From Octopus sinensis (taxonomy: Eukaryota): a stretch of 64,000 nt of DNA. This document shows, in pieces, positions 38,031 through 51,364 of the stretch. The notes below the pieces were generated by a model. It worked only from the letters and a program-made list of their open reading frames with translations. It had not been told where the DNA came from and searched no databases. The stretch's first letter is position 1, and every line of letters begins with the position of its first letter. The translations under genes and the position numbers were made by a program. The DNA is taken from assembly GCF_006345805.1 (NCBI RefSeq), contig NW_021832230.1, forward strand, positions 186,001 to 250,000, in the 5' to 3' direction.

Positions 38031-38623
38031 CTCTGAAGATCACACGTTCAGAGCAGCGTGGCGTGGTCGTCTTCCAGCGCTTCTCCTTCCCATCAACTGT
38101 CTTCCCGTATTGGCATCCGTTCTTCTGACAAACGTCTAGTCCTAACCTTTGTCCGATTCCAATTTTCAATGAATCGTCGTTTAAAAAACTCAAGAAATTT
38201 TGACAAGGTATTGCACCAAGCCATGGTACATTCCCTCCACTTGTAGCTGACACCAAACAAGCAAGAAGCTGTTGATATTTTTCTTTTTAAGGTCTTCCAA
38301 AATTTTGAAGGAGACGAATATTTTCCCAATTATTTTGTTTTGTTGAATTTTTGGAAATTTTAAGTTCGGACCCGTTCCATTGCTTTTAACCAAGTTCGTA
38401 GAAGCGGACGTTGATTAGTGACTCAATAGTCTGTTTGCGAGATTTTTCTATCAAAAGTAGACTGTATTATTGTTCGTAGCAATGTGAACAACGAAGTAGT
38501 TAGACAAAAATGCTTTCAACAAAAAATTAAATTTAAGATTTATTAAAAAATAAATAACAATAAAAATTCAAAATATTTATATGCATGCGAAATTAAATTA
38601 TAATTTAGAGAATAAATAATTAA

Positions 38624-40327
38624 TCATGAATTGTCAAATGACAAAAAATAGCTCCTCCTGCTTAAAATACGATTATTCGGAAATGTAGCAAGCCATTCAA
38701 ATGCTATCTAAATTTCAAAAAAAATATAATTACAGAATTAAGTTTATTAAAATCATAGTGTCGGTTACCCAATTCTTGGAGAGCGAGTCGAATCTCAATT
38801 GACGAATTAAGTGAAAGAAGGCTTTCTTCATTATACTTTAAAAAGGCAATTGCAAATCGGAATATAATCTGCGAATTAAATTTTTTAAGAACATGCCTTC
38901 TCTCCTTCAAAAAGAAGGCAGTCCCAGATATGTGACAGAATATCAGTAGAAAAAAATCCAGTGAATAATGTAAGAAACCATCCTGTTGAAAATTCGTCGA
39001 TTGAGACATCAAATTTTTTAAAATGTTTTTCTAAATTAGAACATCTACTGGCAAAAATCTCTCCCAAGATTTTCTGCATTTAACATTCATAGATCATTGT
39101 CACTACCTGATTTGCCACAATATTCTCAAGTTTGTTTCCAAAATAGTTTTGAGGGAGGATTTTATCCACAAGTAATACCAGAGTAAAGAACACATCTTCC
39201 TCACATAAAAATTTTAATAAGAAAGCAACAATGAAATTTACTCCCTGGTTTAAATTATACTTAGTTTACCTGACAGTAACCATCTGACTTTTTATACAGC
39301 GAAAATACATAGAGAACTTTTCTAAGCGATGAATGATTAAGAGGAGTCCCGACAGTGCTTTCATTAAGTTTAGTTCGATAGATATCTTTTTCAATCTTGA
39401 TAAATAATTAAAATTTGGCATTACATCCTTAAAAGCCACTGAATTATATTTTCCACTTTCAATTTCTTTGCAAAACCCCACATAACACATGTGAGAAATC
39501 CCTCGGTCCCAGATATCTAATCTAAGATGTACTAATCTATCTTTTTAAACAACCAATTAACCTTTTCCAGAGTAAGCCTCGATATTCCGAAGGAACGCCA
39601 CGTCTTATGGAAAATTTGATTTCAAAGTCGCTAAAAATTACAACATCGGTCAATTCTCGAGTAGATTAACCAAATACTATGCAGTTCGTAGCTATTTTTC
39701 TAAGAAAACATTCTTGTTTATACAAACTTTGTCGATTCTTCTCTGACTTTTGAATAAATTTGATATTCTGGAAGATCTCTGGTTATTTTCTTTGGTATTA
39801 GTGGGACTTGATTCGTTATCAAATGTGGTTTCTTCAATTGATAAATCAGTGCGAATCGGCCATTTCAAATTAATCTTAATGCAATTCAGGAGTTCTTCAG
39901 AAAGAAAATCCTTTAAAAAATTTATGTCAGTTATGTTTTTATTCAATGTGGTCTTTGTGGTTTCAGTTCCGAATAACTAAAATGTTATGGCCTAAGCGAT
40001 TAGCAACCTTCATTCTAAAATTGCATAGTTTAACGAGAACTCTGCGCATTCTTGGACTATCAATGCATCCAAGGGTCCATTGAGTTTTGTTATTTCTAAT
40101 TTGATAATAAAACAAAAAATTTACATTATAATGAAACTTAATTCTTCTGAAGGAATGAGAATGAAATATATATTTAATGGAAAATCATAAACAACACAAT
40201 TATCAGCCCGTGTATAACTTAAACGGTGATTTGTATTATCTATGTAAAAATTGAAGTAATCGTTAGTTTGAGAAGGATAAATCAATTTCATATAATCAAG
40301 CAAATCATCAGGTGAGCTCATTATCAT
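38624..40327 (-). CDS. TBC-domain Rab GTPase-activating protein (TBC1D2-like), multi-exon
   Basis: Arg finger IEKDIYRT, Gln finger GYCQG, FSTGWFLTLF...IWDCLLFEG, IIFRFAIAFLK. The N-terminal boundary is uncertain. Confidence 0.85.
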
Positions 40328-41820
40328 ACATTATGTTATTCATTTTTCTATAAATAATATAAACTAAGAATTAATTAAAACTAATAATTTTAATTTAAAT
40401 TGGATTTCTCTGGGAGAGATCAACGGAGATAATCTTAAGGAACACGGTACAAGGGAGTCTTAATTAACTTTATGTTTTTTTGGGACTGTCAAATAATTTT
40501 CGTGGGTATAGTAAGAGGTTATGCCCTGGCTATCCGCAAATAACCAAACTAATCCAATGATCCTTTCTTTTTGAATTTAAATTGGATTAAAATTGAGACC
40601 CGACAAGATGATAACCTTTCCCTTTAAAGAGGAAATTGTCTAGTCTGGGACGTCATAAACGTAAACTCTTATTTTGACCATTTTGAAAATTGGAATTTTT
40701 AACAAAAAAATCAACTTTACAAAATAAAGAATTTAAAATTTTTATTATAATTGAAAGATATGAACACATCAATCAAATGTTATATATGACAAAAGCTTAT
40801 AGAAGTGACATAAAACAAACTACGATTATGGTTTGACAAATTTCTAGCCCATGAAGCGGACTCATATTAAAAGTAACTGGAAATTGATTATAATATAATA
40901 ACAGGCTGCTACCTTAAAAAACAGAATATGAGATGAAGACCTAGAGTTATTTCAATAGTGTATATAAACGAGAATGATTTCTTTGAAATGTAACCCACTT
41001 AAGTTAGAGACAAAAATCAAAGTATCCAATGAGACAAGTAAATATTATCCTTGCTGTTTATAGAAAAGTATCTGAAAATAATTTTGAAAAGCAAAAGAAT
41101 AATGATTTTTATTGTAAGTCAATACTTTTGCCGGCAGAGTTGTCTCTTTATTAGAATTTTACATTTCTTTATTTAGTGTTTATGCCTCTAAAAATTATTT
41201 ATTAACGAATCGATAAATTAAATCTCAAAATTTTAAAACTAATGAAAAGTTTTTGACACTCTCCCTACAATTCTGGGATCACTTAGTATTTTTTTATTGG
41301 CATTTCAACCCGCTTATCCTAGATAAAATAATAAAAATTACTACCAGAGAATCGACTTTGAACTTACAGATACCCACTTAGCTTAAAATAATAAAATATT
41401 TTTTTTGAGTAACATCATTTAATATAGAATTGTTTTACGTTTCCCAATTCTTGCACAGATCAAAAAGAAATTATTATCAAACGCAATTAGTAACATGAAA
41501 TTGCAGTAAAAAATAAACAAGCATTGTGGTCGTTTCTAAGAGGCCTAATCAGATTTTTGTACACTTTTACTTGAGTTGCCAAGGTGTCCAGGAATGGCGA
41601 AACAAAAAGTTACAATTTTAAAAAGAATATCAAAAAACGTATAGAATACTACAATATTAGTGAACTATAAAAACAGTATAAATTTATACAAAGTTTGAGA
41701 ATTCACAATTTAGTGTGGTTTTATCAACGATCGCGAATAAAACATTAGAAAGAAGTAGTAGAATAAAAAAATAAAAACACAATAAAAATTAATATTAACA
41801 CAGCTAGAAATTAAATAAAT

Positions 41821-43300
41821 TCATGTAGCTTTGCTGTATATCGCGTGCATAGATAAAATCCTTGGGTCCGAAAAATATTTTTTAATATAGTCTTGCAATT
41901 CGATTCCAACCATTATAACGAGCTTAAAATTAAAAAGAAACAATTCACCTCAACCCAACAAGGCGACTCGGTAATATACTTTCGTAGGTAATCGCCTCCC
42001 CATCCTTTATTAAAGCTAACTTTCACCTCGCACATTTCTCTCTTTAATGAATGAATATTTTGAATATCTTCGCCTATCGTCATTAATTAGAAATACAAAC
42101 TTTTGCAACTGAAGAGTTCATCAAGAATAATATCGAACAACCTTCTTAAGTTAAAAATCTACCCAATATGAAAAACCAGTTTATTTACCTCAATCCATGT
42201 TTTTGGAAACAACTTAAAAATGTCATTCCTCGACTCCATAAGCTCCCCTTTCAAAAACATTGGGATAGTCGCACGAGATCCAAGATTCATGGTATCAAAT
42301 TGATTCCTCTGAACCTCAAAACCACTGCCCACAAACTTACTGAACTTTATAAAGACATGTTAAAATACCGTGACTTGATCGAACTGGAAGATCGCCTGTC
42401 ATTCATAATCTTACCAATAGAAAATCGCCAAGGACGAGCACAATTTGCGTATCCGTCGACGGTAAAAATTTGGGATTCAAATTCAGTGTCGTAATAATCT
42501 CCAAAATGAGTGTCATACTCGTAATAGTAGACTCGACACCATGACTTTTTGTCTAAAACATATAAGTCTTGTCTAACATGAATCCCTGATCTGATGATAA
42601 ATATCGTACAAATCGCCAAACAGAGGATTTGACTGATGTTTCCAAGATTTAGGGATGTAAGTTTTGAGTTCAGAGTAAGGCTGGTTATAATATGCCATTT
42701 CATTAGAATTGTAGCTTTGTCGTGGATTGAAAGGAGGTGGTTGAGGTTGTAGATAAAACTCCTTATTCAATCTAACAGCCTCATCCAAAGACCTCTTTTT
42801 TGATACTTCAGGATGACTAATTGCAGGGTTAACTAATAATAGAACACGTGCAAACTACCACTGAAGCCATAAATAGAGGTAATACGATCATAATGATAGG
42901 GATTCACACATATGTTGTCGAGTTTGAGGTCAAATGGGTAATTGCAATGAATTTTATGTCTGAGTTCACCCCTTTGTAGATCAGGCCAGCGGAATATCTT
43001 TGCGAACATTATATGGGGAAAGCCTTTCTTTCCGTTAACCTAAAATGAGTCTGCGAAATAAAAAACTTGGAGTCTCCCGTCGAGTGTTCGTGGAATGGGG
43101 ACACAGCCATTGGATTTGGTCCCATTACTGATGATGGCGTTGTAAAAATTATTCAAAATGTCATCATCATCTTTCAGTTTTTTCAAAAGACTCTCCAGAG
43201 ATCTTCTGGCATGATCCAAATCATCGGTGGAAGGAATTTTAGCCATGAGTTCATTGATGATTAAGTGCTGACGTTCGTTCCAATTAGATTTATGATTCAT
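41821..43300 (-). CDS. SMAD4: SMAD4/Medea-like co-Smad, multi-exon
   Basis: MH1: SLESLLKKLK...IPRTLDGRLQVNGKKGFPH...FRWPDL...CVNPYHY. MH2: WCRVYYYE...TVDGY...VSFNKGWGGDY...ESPCWVE. No C-terminal SSXS motif. Confidence 0.9.
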
Positions 43301-44059
43301 TCACCTAATAAATGTAATTTTAGAGTTTTATGTTGTAATTTTCAATTTGATAAACAATATACAAGGTAGAAGTTTGGCAACGAACAAACATAAAATAAAA
43401 TTGAATACAAATTTTAAATAAAGTATAATATAAATTAATAAATAAAAATTATTAAAAATAAATATATTTCAAATAAGGTTAATAATATAAGGATTTTTAT
43501 CAATTCTATTTTTTAAATCAAACGAGTTTTTTATTATTAAATCCTTTTATTAAGTTTTTTGAAGAAAATGTCAGTTGGACTAATAGACGGCTGTTAGTTG
43601 ATGTCGTCAAATTGATTTTCCCATTTATTTATCCTTAAAAAATCAATTAATTTGTCAATAATTCAGAGAGGTTTACAGATTAAAATTAATTAATCTTGAA
43701 ATTTTATTTTACAGCAAATACAAAAGTAATCCTGAGTTTCAATTTTTTCATTTTATATTTAAAAATGATAATCATTACATATCAATTTCATTATAATTAG
43801 TCCGCCATGATTTATACGTTTATCAATCACTAGCTTAACTCTTAAAATAGTAACAATTTTGATTTGTTAGCCTCATAGTATTATAATCAATAACCAAATT
43901 AATCGCATTAACATGTACTTTTAATTACTCTAATTTGAATATCAACAAAATGATTGATTACAGGGCAATAACTAACGTGTATAAATGTCTGGAAATAAAA
44001 TTTTAGTTTACGAGTATAAAAATCAATGGAATTTTATATTATAAGTTTAGACACAATTA

Positions 44060-44280
44060 CAATAAGGCGTTGCGAGAGTAATTCGCCTTCTATCCAATTG
44101 TGGTCGAGACAACTAGAGGAATAAGTGGGAAATCGCTTCACTTCCTAGAGAAGCTTCCACGACACATGTGAAACCCGGTTGATTCTCCAGTTGATCTCTG
44201 TTGCTATCGTCCGAGGCAACGCAACGTCAATAATGTTGGCTGGGTGCACTTCGGATGGATGGCTTTTTTAACTTCTAGTT
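44060..44280 (+). mobile_element. CRE-clade 3' fragment
   Basis: FYPIVVETT...ILQLISVAIVRGNA. Confidence 0.65.
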
Positions 44281-44409
44281 AATAATTAAATAATACTAAA
44301 ATTAGAATGAGAATAACGATTAAAATGATAAATCATAGTTTAAGTCGTCAAATTTTTTTTAATAGAAAAGGTTAAATGCTAGCTAGAGTAGGTTGCTGAA
44401 TGAGTAATC

Positions 44410-44810
44410 AAAAGCCTAAAAGTCAGCTCAACGACGCCGCATTGCGTATTAAATGGGAGTTTGCACGGAGCACGGCAACCGAAATTCGGAGAAAAAGCCA
44501 GCTCGTCTCCCTTTAGTCGTCTGTTTTTGAGAAGATTCTTCTACTAATATCAGTGTAGAGTTGAGTCGCGACGTTGCCAAAGAGTCGCGAGGTTTTGAAG
44601 GCAAGGGGGGCAAACTCAAAAGAGTGCACAATACACAGGTATTTCGTCCTCTCTAAATTTTGAACTGAGCACTGGCTGAGTCCGGGTTGCTGCAAATCTT
44701 AGGTAGCATTGTCGCGAAAAAGAGTCGACGCATGTGAAGTCCCAAATCAGGAGCTTGCCATTGGTAGAAGAATCTCTCAGAGTGGAGGGGAAACCAGCCG
44801 ACTCTAGAGT
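44410..44810 (-). mobile_element. CRE-clade 3' fragment
   Basis: LESAGFPS...GKLLIWDFTCVDSFS; DNA similar to 2400-2620. Confidence 0.75.
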
Positions 44811-45682
44811 CGTCAAAAATAATTAATAATTTCCAATTTATATCCTTTCGCAAACTATGTTTTCATTTCTTTGTTAATTGTTAGCTTCAAAAAAATATTT
44901 TTTTATTATTACAGAAAGTTTGAAAGTTTCTTAGGATAGAAGAATCATCTTGGAGCAAAGAGACATATCCGAAAATCAATATATTATTTAAACACTCCAT
45001 ATCAAATATCAAATTATAATTCAGCTGCCAAGAAAGGAACGTGTGATTTTCACAAGACTTCGCTGCGAACACTACCCCTGCCTTGGACGCGATTTCATAA
45101 TAAAAAACCAGACAAAAGGCCCTGCCACGTGTGCAACCTGATTTCCTTCCACCAGTTGTTTTCCACCGGAAATTTTGCTACCATGCGCACCGTTTCGGGA
45201 TCTCTGGGAGCGACCGGCCCAGAGTGTACATCACCTAATAACCGCAGGCTTCCTACATGTTGAGCAGTTCGAAGCTACTAACTAACTAATTTAGCTACAT
45301 TTGCAATACCTGAAACATTAACCGTTGATTATAATAACAAAATATCATTGAGTTCAGTCCTTTTCATCCCAAAGTCATTCAGTCAAATACAACAAAAATA
45401 AAGCGGATTGTTCAAACTACGAAAATATTTTTGAAAACAATAATAAAATATCGACCAGGCACGCGACGTTCCAAGTCAGGTACTTTCCTTTTTTAAACAA
45501 ACAGGGCGCCATCCAGTCGGCTTTTCTGCCATTCCTTAAAAAGATCCCCGTAGGTTCCAGTTTAGAGTAGAATACAGAAGCGAAATCCAGAATATAATTT
45601 TTAATATTTTTTTAAGCAAATTTCTTCTATTGTTAATAAATCCTTTGATAAGATAAAGTTAGTTAAAATTCCAAACAAAAAA

Positions 45683-46214
45683 TTAAATATCTCTAGTCTC
45701 ATTTTTATTACTAGAAAGTCCAACGACATCCTTTGCGTTGTCAATGACCGTAGATCTATGTTTACTTTAAGATAATAAGGATAACGTGTATTCACTCACG
45801 GATTTTCCTATACTGCCAATATAGTCGTAAGCAGTCGAGACCCTATTTAATTACGAGTGGATATTTCACATTGGATTTGACTGTATTTTTTTGACTGTTT
45901 CAGAGTTGGATATTGAACTTTGAATCTGATTGATAGTTTTGTTTGTTTTAGCATATCTAGAAAATAGAATTAAATTCATTACAATGTTGAATCCTTGATG
46001 GTCTGTAATTGGTCTTTTAGATCCGTTTTGATTAGACCGAGGGTTGGTAAGTTTAAACGTTCTCTTAGTGCACTTGCTTCAGATTTCTTATCAGAAAGAA
46101 GCTTCTTTAAATCTTCTATTTCTTGTTCTAATACAGCTAACTACGCATATAATATTATTATGCATTTACTGTTCTTTCATCTTCTGTATCGTGCATATCA
46201 GTGTAGCTTGACAT
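45683..46214 (-). CDS. TPD52: Tumour protein D52 family coiled-coil protein, multi-exon
   Basis: LAVLEQEIEDLKKLLSDKKSEASALRERLNL...DSTLYAKTNKTI parallels D52 LxKVEEEIxTLxQVLAAK...KLG...YKKT; short GT-AG introns. Confidence 0.72.
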
Positions 46215-46499
46215 TGTAAACAATTACACAACAAAGCAGTAATAATTAAAAGAATATAATAATTTATTAATGAGATTTTGAAAAAGCAAAATTATTTTAT
46301 ATATTAAAATAATTATTAGAAAGTTCCGAATTCGCAAATTTTTTAATTTCAAAGCAAATAGATTACTTCTCACAAAGATTTCTATTTTAGTTAGTTTACT
46401 TTAAATGCTTCCTCAAGATAGAAATTGGAAATCAAGTGTTTGCGTTAAATTAGAAATTTTTTTAAGAGTAAAATTAGAAATTATTATATAGGACTGACG

Positions 46500-46760
46500 G
46501 AAAATCATAAATTTAATTAAGTTTTCCTTGTGCCACAGTATCCTCACACACATCCGTTTCCAAGCCCCCTGTTCTTTGCTATAGTCCGTAATGAATCAAG
46601 ATCGTCCCCACTTTTCAGTCTTTTGTTTACTCCTGTCAAGTCTTCGTTTAACGCGGTAGGTAAAGTAACTCTAGGTCTTCCACGGAAAGCTCTTTTGGAT
46701 CGGGCATAATATCCTGAATTGGCAATTTTTGGTTCTTCAAAAATTTTTGGCCAATTTGAG
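46500..46760 (-). mobile_element. RTE-like LINE 3' fragment
   Basis: AFRGRPRVTLPTALNEDL...LKSGDDLDSLR. Confidence 0.7.
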
Positions 46761-48085
46761 ACTAAAATCAAAATAAATTTTATCTCATTACAAACGTTTC
46801 TGAAAATAAAATTCGATTCCCATCTGTTTTTTTACATTAAAACACTTTTTTATAACATCTGATTAGAGAAATCTACCAAAGCTTCATGTTTGTTTTTAAT
46901 ATCTTCGAACAATTTATTTTCAATTGCAGTTAGTCTGACCGCGATTTCACTCTTGTTATTTGGCATTGAATATTCTATTTCATCATTATTATTTTCCAAA
47001 GTTTTATTTTGTGAATTTTCACATTTACTATTTCAATTAACAACAACAACAAGAAGCCCTGCCGCAAGATGAGAACGAAATGTTAACATCTCGCTTGGGT
47101 TAGCCACATAAGATCAAAACAAAGAGAGAACATGTTATTAGAAAACTAACTAATCCAAAGGAAGACAATCCAAACGATGACATGTGTCTCTGCTCCATCT
47201 ATTTTTCTTTTCGAGTGCGGCTGAAGTAGACTATTTCAATTGCATTATTTTCTTATCCATAATTAAGAAATTCTTCTATTTCCAACAGATCAAAAATATC
47301 CGTTTTTTCATTAGGAATATTTTTTAATTGTGCAAATTGTATATTATTTAAATTTCAAAAGTAATTATTGATCGTTTGTTTAGAAACGTGCTCCTATGCC
47401 ATTTTCACGAAAATTGTGGTATTTTTAGAGTGAGTATCTTGTAATATTTATAAACAGAATAGTTTTTATGTTCAGCTAAATCTATAGAATAGATAATTTT
47501 ATGTTTGTTAAAATACGTTTAAAAGATTTTACAATGAAAATCCATAGGCTGAACTAAGACAGTACTATTCAGGAAAAACATAAGAAAAAACATGCTTTTA
47601 ACTGTATTAAAAAATCCATTTCCTGTAAAAATTCAGATTTCGATAAGTTTATGTTTGTTACAAAAATATTTCTTGGAAAATTTTTAAAGATGTGCTTATT
47701 ATAAAAAAAGACAAAATAAGAAAAGTCAATTTTAAGGAAATCACTATTATAAAACTAATACACCATAAAAGGTCCACATCATTGCTTCACTGCCCAGGAA
47801 TTTGCTTATCCTTATATTTAATCTCGACAAGACAAAGAACTACCAACTCCCAGAGGATTCCAAAACCATTGATAAAAAAGAGATATTCGTATAATAGAAC
47901 TAAAAAATCTACAGATTTACAATTCTCCATTTGAAAACGGAAACAATTTAAATTTCAATTCTACGTAGGAACAGCCAAGCAGTCCTCTTTGCAAATAAAT
48001 GATCCTTCCCTTTCATTTTTTTAATAAAAGCATTAACTAGAAATATTTTAATAAGAAATTCCCAACAAAATAATTCAGAATTATA

Positions 48086-50079
48086 CTAAATGGGCACAAA
48101 TCGCGGACCATAAATGAGAATATAAGCAATATGCCAATCTCCAGTACCACCCGACGTTTTAACGACGTCGTCAAAGCAATGATTTGATAGTGTCGTATCA
48201 TTCGCTTTGATCCAAACATCGTCTAATTATAAACACAAATCTATAACTCTCTCGTCTAATCCAGGCTACATAATGGCCAGAATTGGAAGTTCGTCCCATG
48301 TGAGTCACTACAGAGCGCAATTGATACATTCCCGACGCATTTGACCCAAAATCTATAAAAATTATCAAATGATTATACCATCATCGAACCAATAAGGTTG
48401 ATGCACGTCTGAATTAAATTTAATTGACGGGGATTCATCTTTAGAACCAAAATTCTTGTCAAAATTTTCAATTTTAGTTCGAAAAGGGATCATTTGATTT
48501 TGCAGATGAGGAGTGCATAATGGGTAGAGATCCAATATTTTAGGGAAACCCACTTTTTTCAGAATCTTTGCATTAGTTTTAGTGTCTTCTTTATAATAAA
48601 ATCGGTTAAACTGGACTATTAAATAAGCTGGCAGACGTTTTAAACGACTCTAGATAATTGTACTAACTAGAAAATACTATTCGAACATAATCTCTCTCTT
48701 CTTGATGTTTAGCTGAGAAAAAACGAAGATTGCTTTCCAATGTCTAAAATTGTAATTAGACAGTAGACACCATCTCAATTCCTTTTGTTAGATGGTCAAC
48801 ATTCCTTGTTATACCACAAGAGAGTTGGTATTCAACCTCCTCAGACATGAATTCCTCGTCATCATTCGAGGTTCTGTTTAACTTGATAAAAATAATACTT
48901 TGATTCTATTTCAATTCCAAAGAACATATGAATAAAGTTCTTGTCTTGTATTTTTTGACACTAAAATTTTATTTGATAAAAAATTTGTACGTCAATTTTT
49001 AAACCATCCTTTAGAACAGTCAGCATGTCATTTAAAAACTCTGCTGCATCCTTTTCAATAAAAAAACAAATAAAAGCAAACATGTTGTAAAAAATGCTGG
49101 GTCGTCATGTCCTTCTCAGCATAGCGAGGAAACAATCGATGTAATTCAGCAATGAATAACTTTAACATAAAAACAGCCTCACCGCTGGTTGTACATATGA
49201 ATAAATACCTCATTACTTAAAGTATTACAACACAAAATTACTTTCTAAAAGTTGATTATAAATATTTGATTCTTTAGGCTTGGTTTCACAAAAAAGCGAC
49301 ACTTCCTTGTAAATTAGAGGTAGCATTGGCAATTTTCCAACATTGAAAGAGAGGGCTTCAATTATTTCTGGAATAGCCCATAGGCACTGAAGAACAGAGT
49401 TAAGATAGCACGTATTGTCATTATTTTCCAAGGGAATAACCTTATGGAACCATAGCGAGAAAAATTACCTCATGATGTCTATTTCTAAGTTTGTTGAATG
49501 CTAAATATGACGCACTGAAATCTGATTTTTCTTCTGATGGAGGCGCTATTTTGGCAGGAGAATCACTTTTAGAATTAACAGTACACGGATTTAGTGGGGC
49601 AACATCTCCTGCCTGTCCGAGCAAAATAATCGTCTGCCCCTATATACAACAGTTTAGTTCAATAAAAATATTTTCTTTATAATAATCATAAGAAAAAAAT
49701 AGCCAGGTAATTAGCGACTCTTAGATAGTTATTATTTTCAAATATTAGCATCTAATTAGTTAAAATTATAAATATTTAAATAAGTAGTGGTTTCTTACTT
49801 ATGATGACACAAAATGCTTTTTAATGCTTACATCTATAACTTTGATATCCTCCCAATCATCCTATCAAGTTTTTTAAAATAATAATGATTACTTCAATAA
49901 GTTTTCCTTTAATAATAAGTTTCTGTCGTTCAACACACACATTGGTCAAAGTCATCAATTGTGCTTTGAATACTATTGTGGGCTCATCGGTGTCAAGCGT
50001 GATATTGTTAAATACTTGTGATACCCATTTTACATTTACTAAAATTGTTACAAGTTAAAATACCTTTATATATTGGCAT
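48086..50079 (-). CDS. USP14: Proteasome-associated deubiquitinase USP14/Ubp6, multi-exon
   Basis: UBL: MPIYKVNVKW...LDTDEPTIVFKAQL...RQK. Cys box NTCYLN; RLPAYL..QFNRFYYK; His box THMGRTSNSGHYVAW; GDWHIAYILIYGPR. Confidence 0.93.
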
Positions 50080-51109
50080 TTGATTTGAATCTAGAATAAA
50101 GTATTAGAGTTAAAAAATATAATCATACTTTAGAGACAAATTAAATAATACTGTACAACAAGAGAGCAATAACTCAATGACTTAAATATTAATTAAATGT
50201 CATTTTGTTTGAATAATAATAAATTACACGATTTTATTACATAACTCTATTAAACAAATTAAATAATAAATGAAACCTGGATTAATGTTAAAAAATTTGT
50301 AATATATTCCGAGTAAAAAAATGCTGGCTCTATCAATTGATATCGCTCGCGATACTACGTGAAAATTTCCTGTTCATCCACTCTGTGATTAATCTTTTCT
50401 CTTTTTTGTTTGACTTGACTAAATTAAAAATAAAGTAAAAAAAATACGACTGAAAACTTGTGTCCATAAAAATTGATTTGGACCATTTAATTTATTATTA
50501 TTATTATTTAAGCCAAACAAAATCACCGTCTTAACCATTAACTAACACGTTCAGGTGATTCCGACACTTCTCAACAGTCGAGCCATCTTTTCACGATGTT
50601 CCGACCGTGACCCCACACACTTTCTGTATGTACGGTGAATGGTTTGTGGTCCATTTCCACGATCCCCCCATTTGCCTCTACGAGAGACTCCAGTGTTCTA
50701 TGGACAATTTCCCTATCGGTATGGTCCTTCAGTAGGTTGATAGATCTTTCTTGAATTTTTTCGATTTTTAGTCGGTTCGTTGCCGTCAGGTTACAGCCCC
50801 AAACAGCACATGCATAGTCTATTGTTGGCTCGATATACTGCTTGTAAAGGGTCTCTACCCCTGGCGGATAAGTTCTCCCACAGTTCCAAAGGAAGGCTTT
50901 TACAAAATTGATCTTCTTTATACAGGTTGATACGATCGATTCTACGTGAGGTGAAAAACAGAGGAAAGTAATTCCTTTAGTTAAAACATTAAACTAAGAT
51001 TATGAAGAATTCCGGTAAACTGACTGTATTTCTACTGCTATTTATTAAATTTTACACTTTTTGCTGTGCAACATGTATGGTATTAGACATTTCAGAAAGC
51101 TGCAAAGTC

Positions 51110-51364
51110 ATAACCTGTAATCTGTGGTAGAGAACACTATACCATTTTCCATACTAAATGGGATTAACACCAAACTAAGTGAAATAAGCAGAAAACTAAA
51201 TGGGATTAACGTCAAACTAAGTGTGATTAACATCAAACTAAGTGGGATTAGCAGAAAACTAAATGAGATTAACATCAAACTAAGTGGAATTAATACCAAA
51301 CAATATGGGATTAATAGCAAACTAAATAAGATTAACACCAAAAAATTCTTTGTTTAAAATTTTA
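51110..51364. repeat. Array of nine 21-bp units (AAACTAA(A/G)TGGGATTAACAYC-like); subterminal repeats of the Tc1/IS630-like family
   Basis: Strict 21-bp period; the end of the array matches the reverse complement of 56860-56935. Confidence 0.82.

Noticed and set aside
44839-44885. ATATCCTTT U12-like donor on the plus strand
   Set aside because: Not within any supportable gene and has no branch site or AC acceptor.
46780-47950. Probable further multi-exon gene downstream of USP14
   Set aside because: Exon-like patches are visible, but there is no identifiable family or consistent model.
51108-51357. Overlapping ORFs on both strands as coiled-coil or membrane proteins
   Set aside because: By-products of a stop-free 21-bp repeat that belongs to transposon ends.
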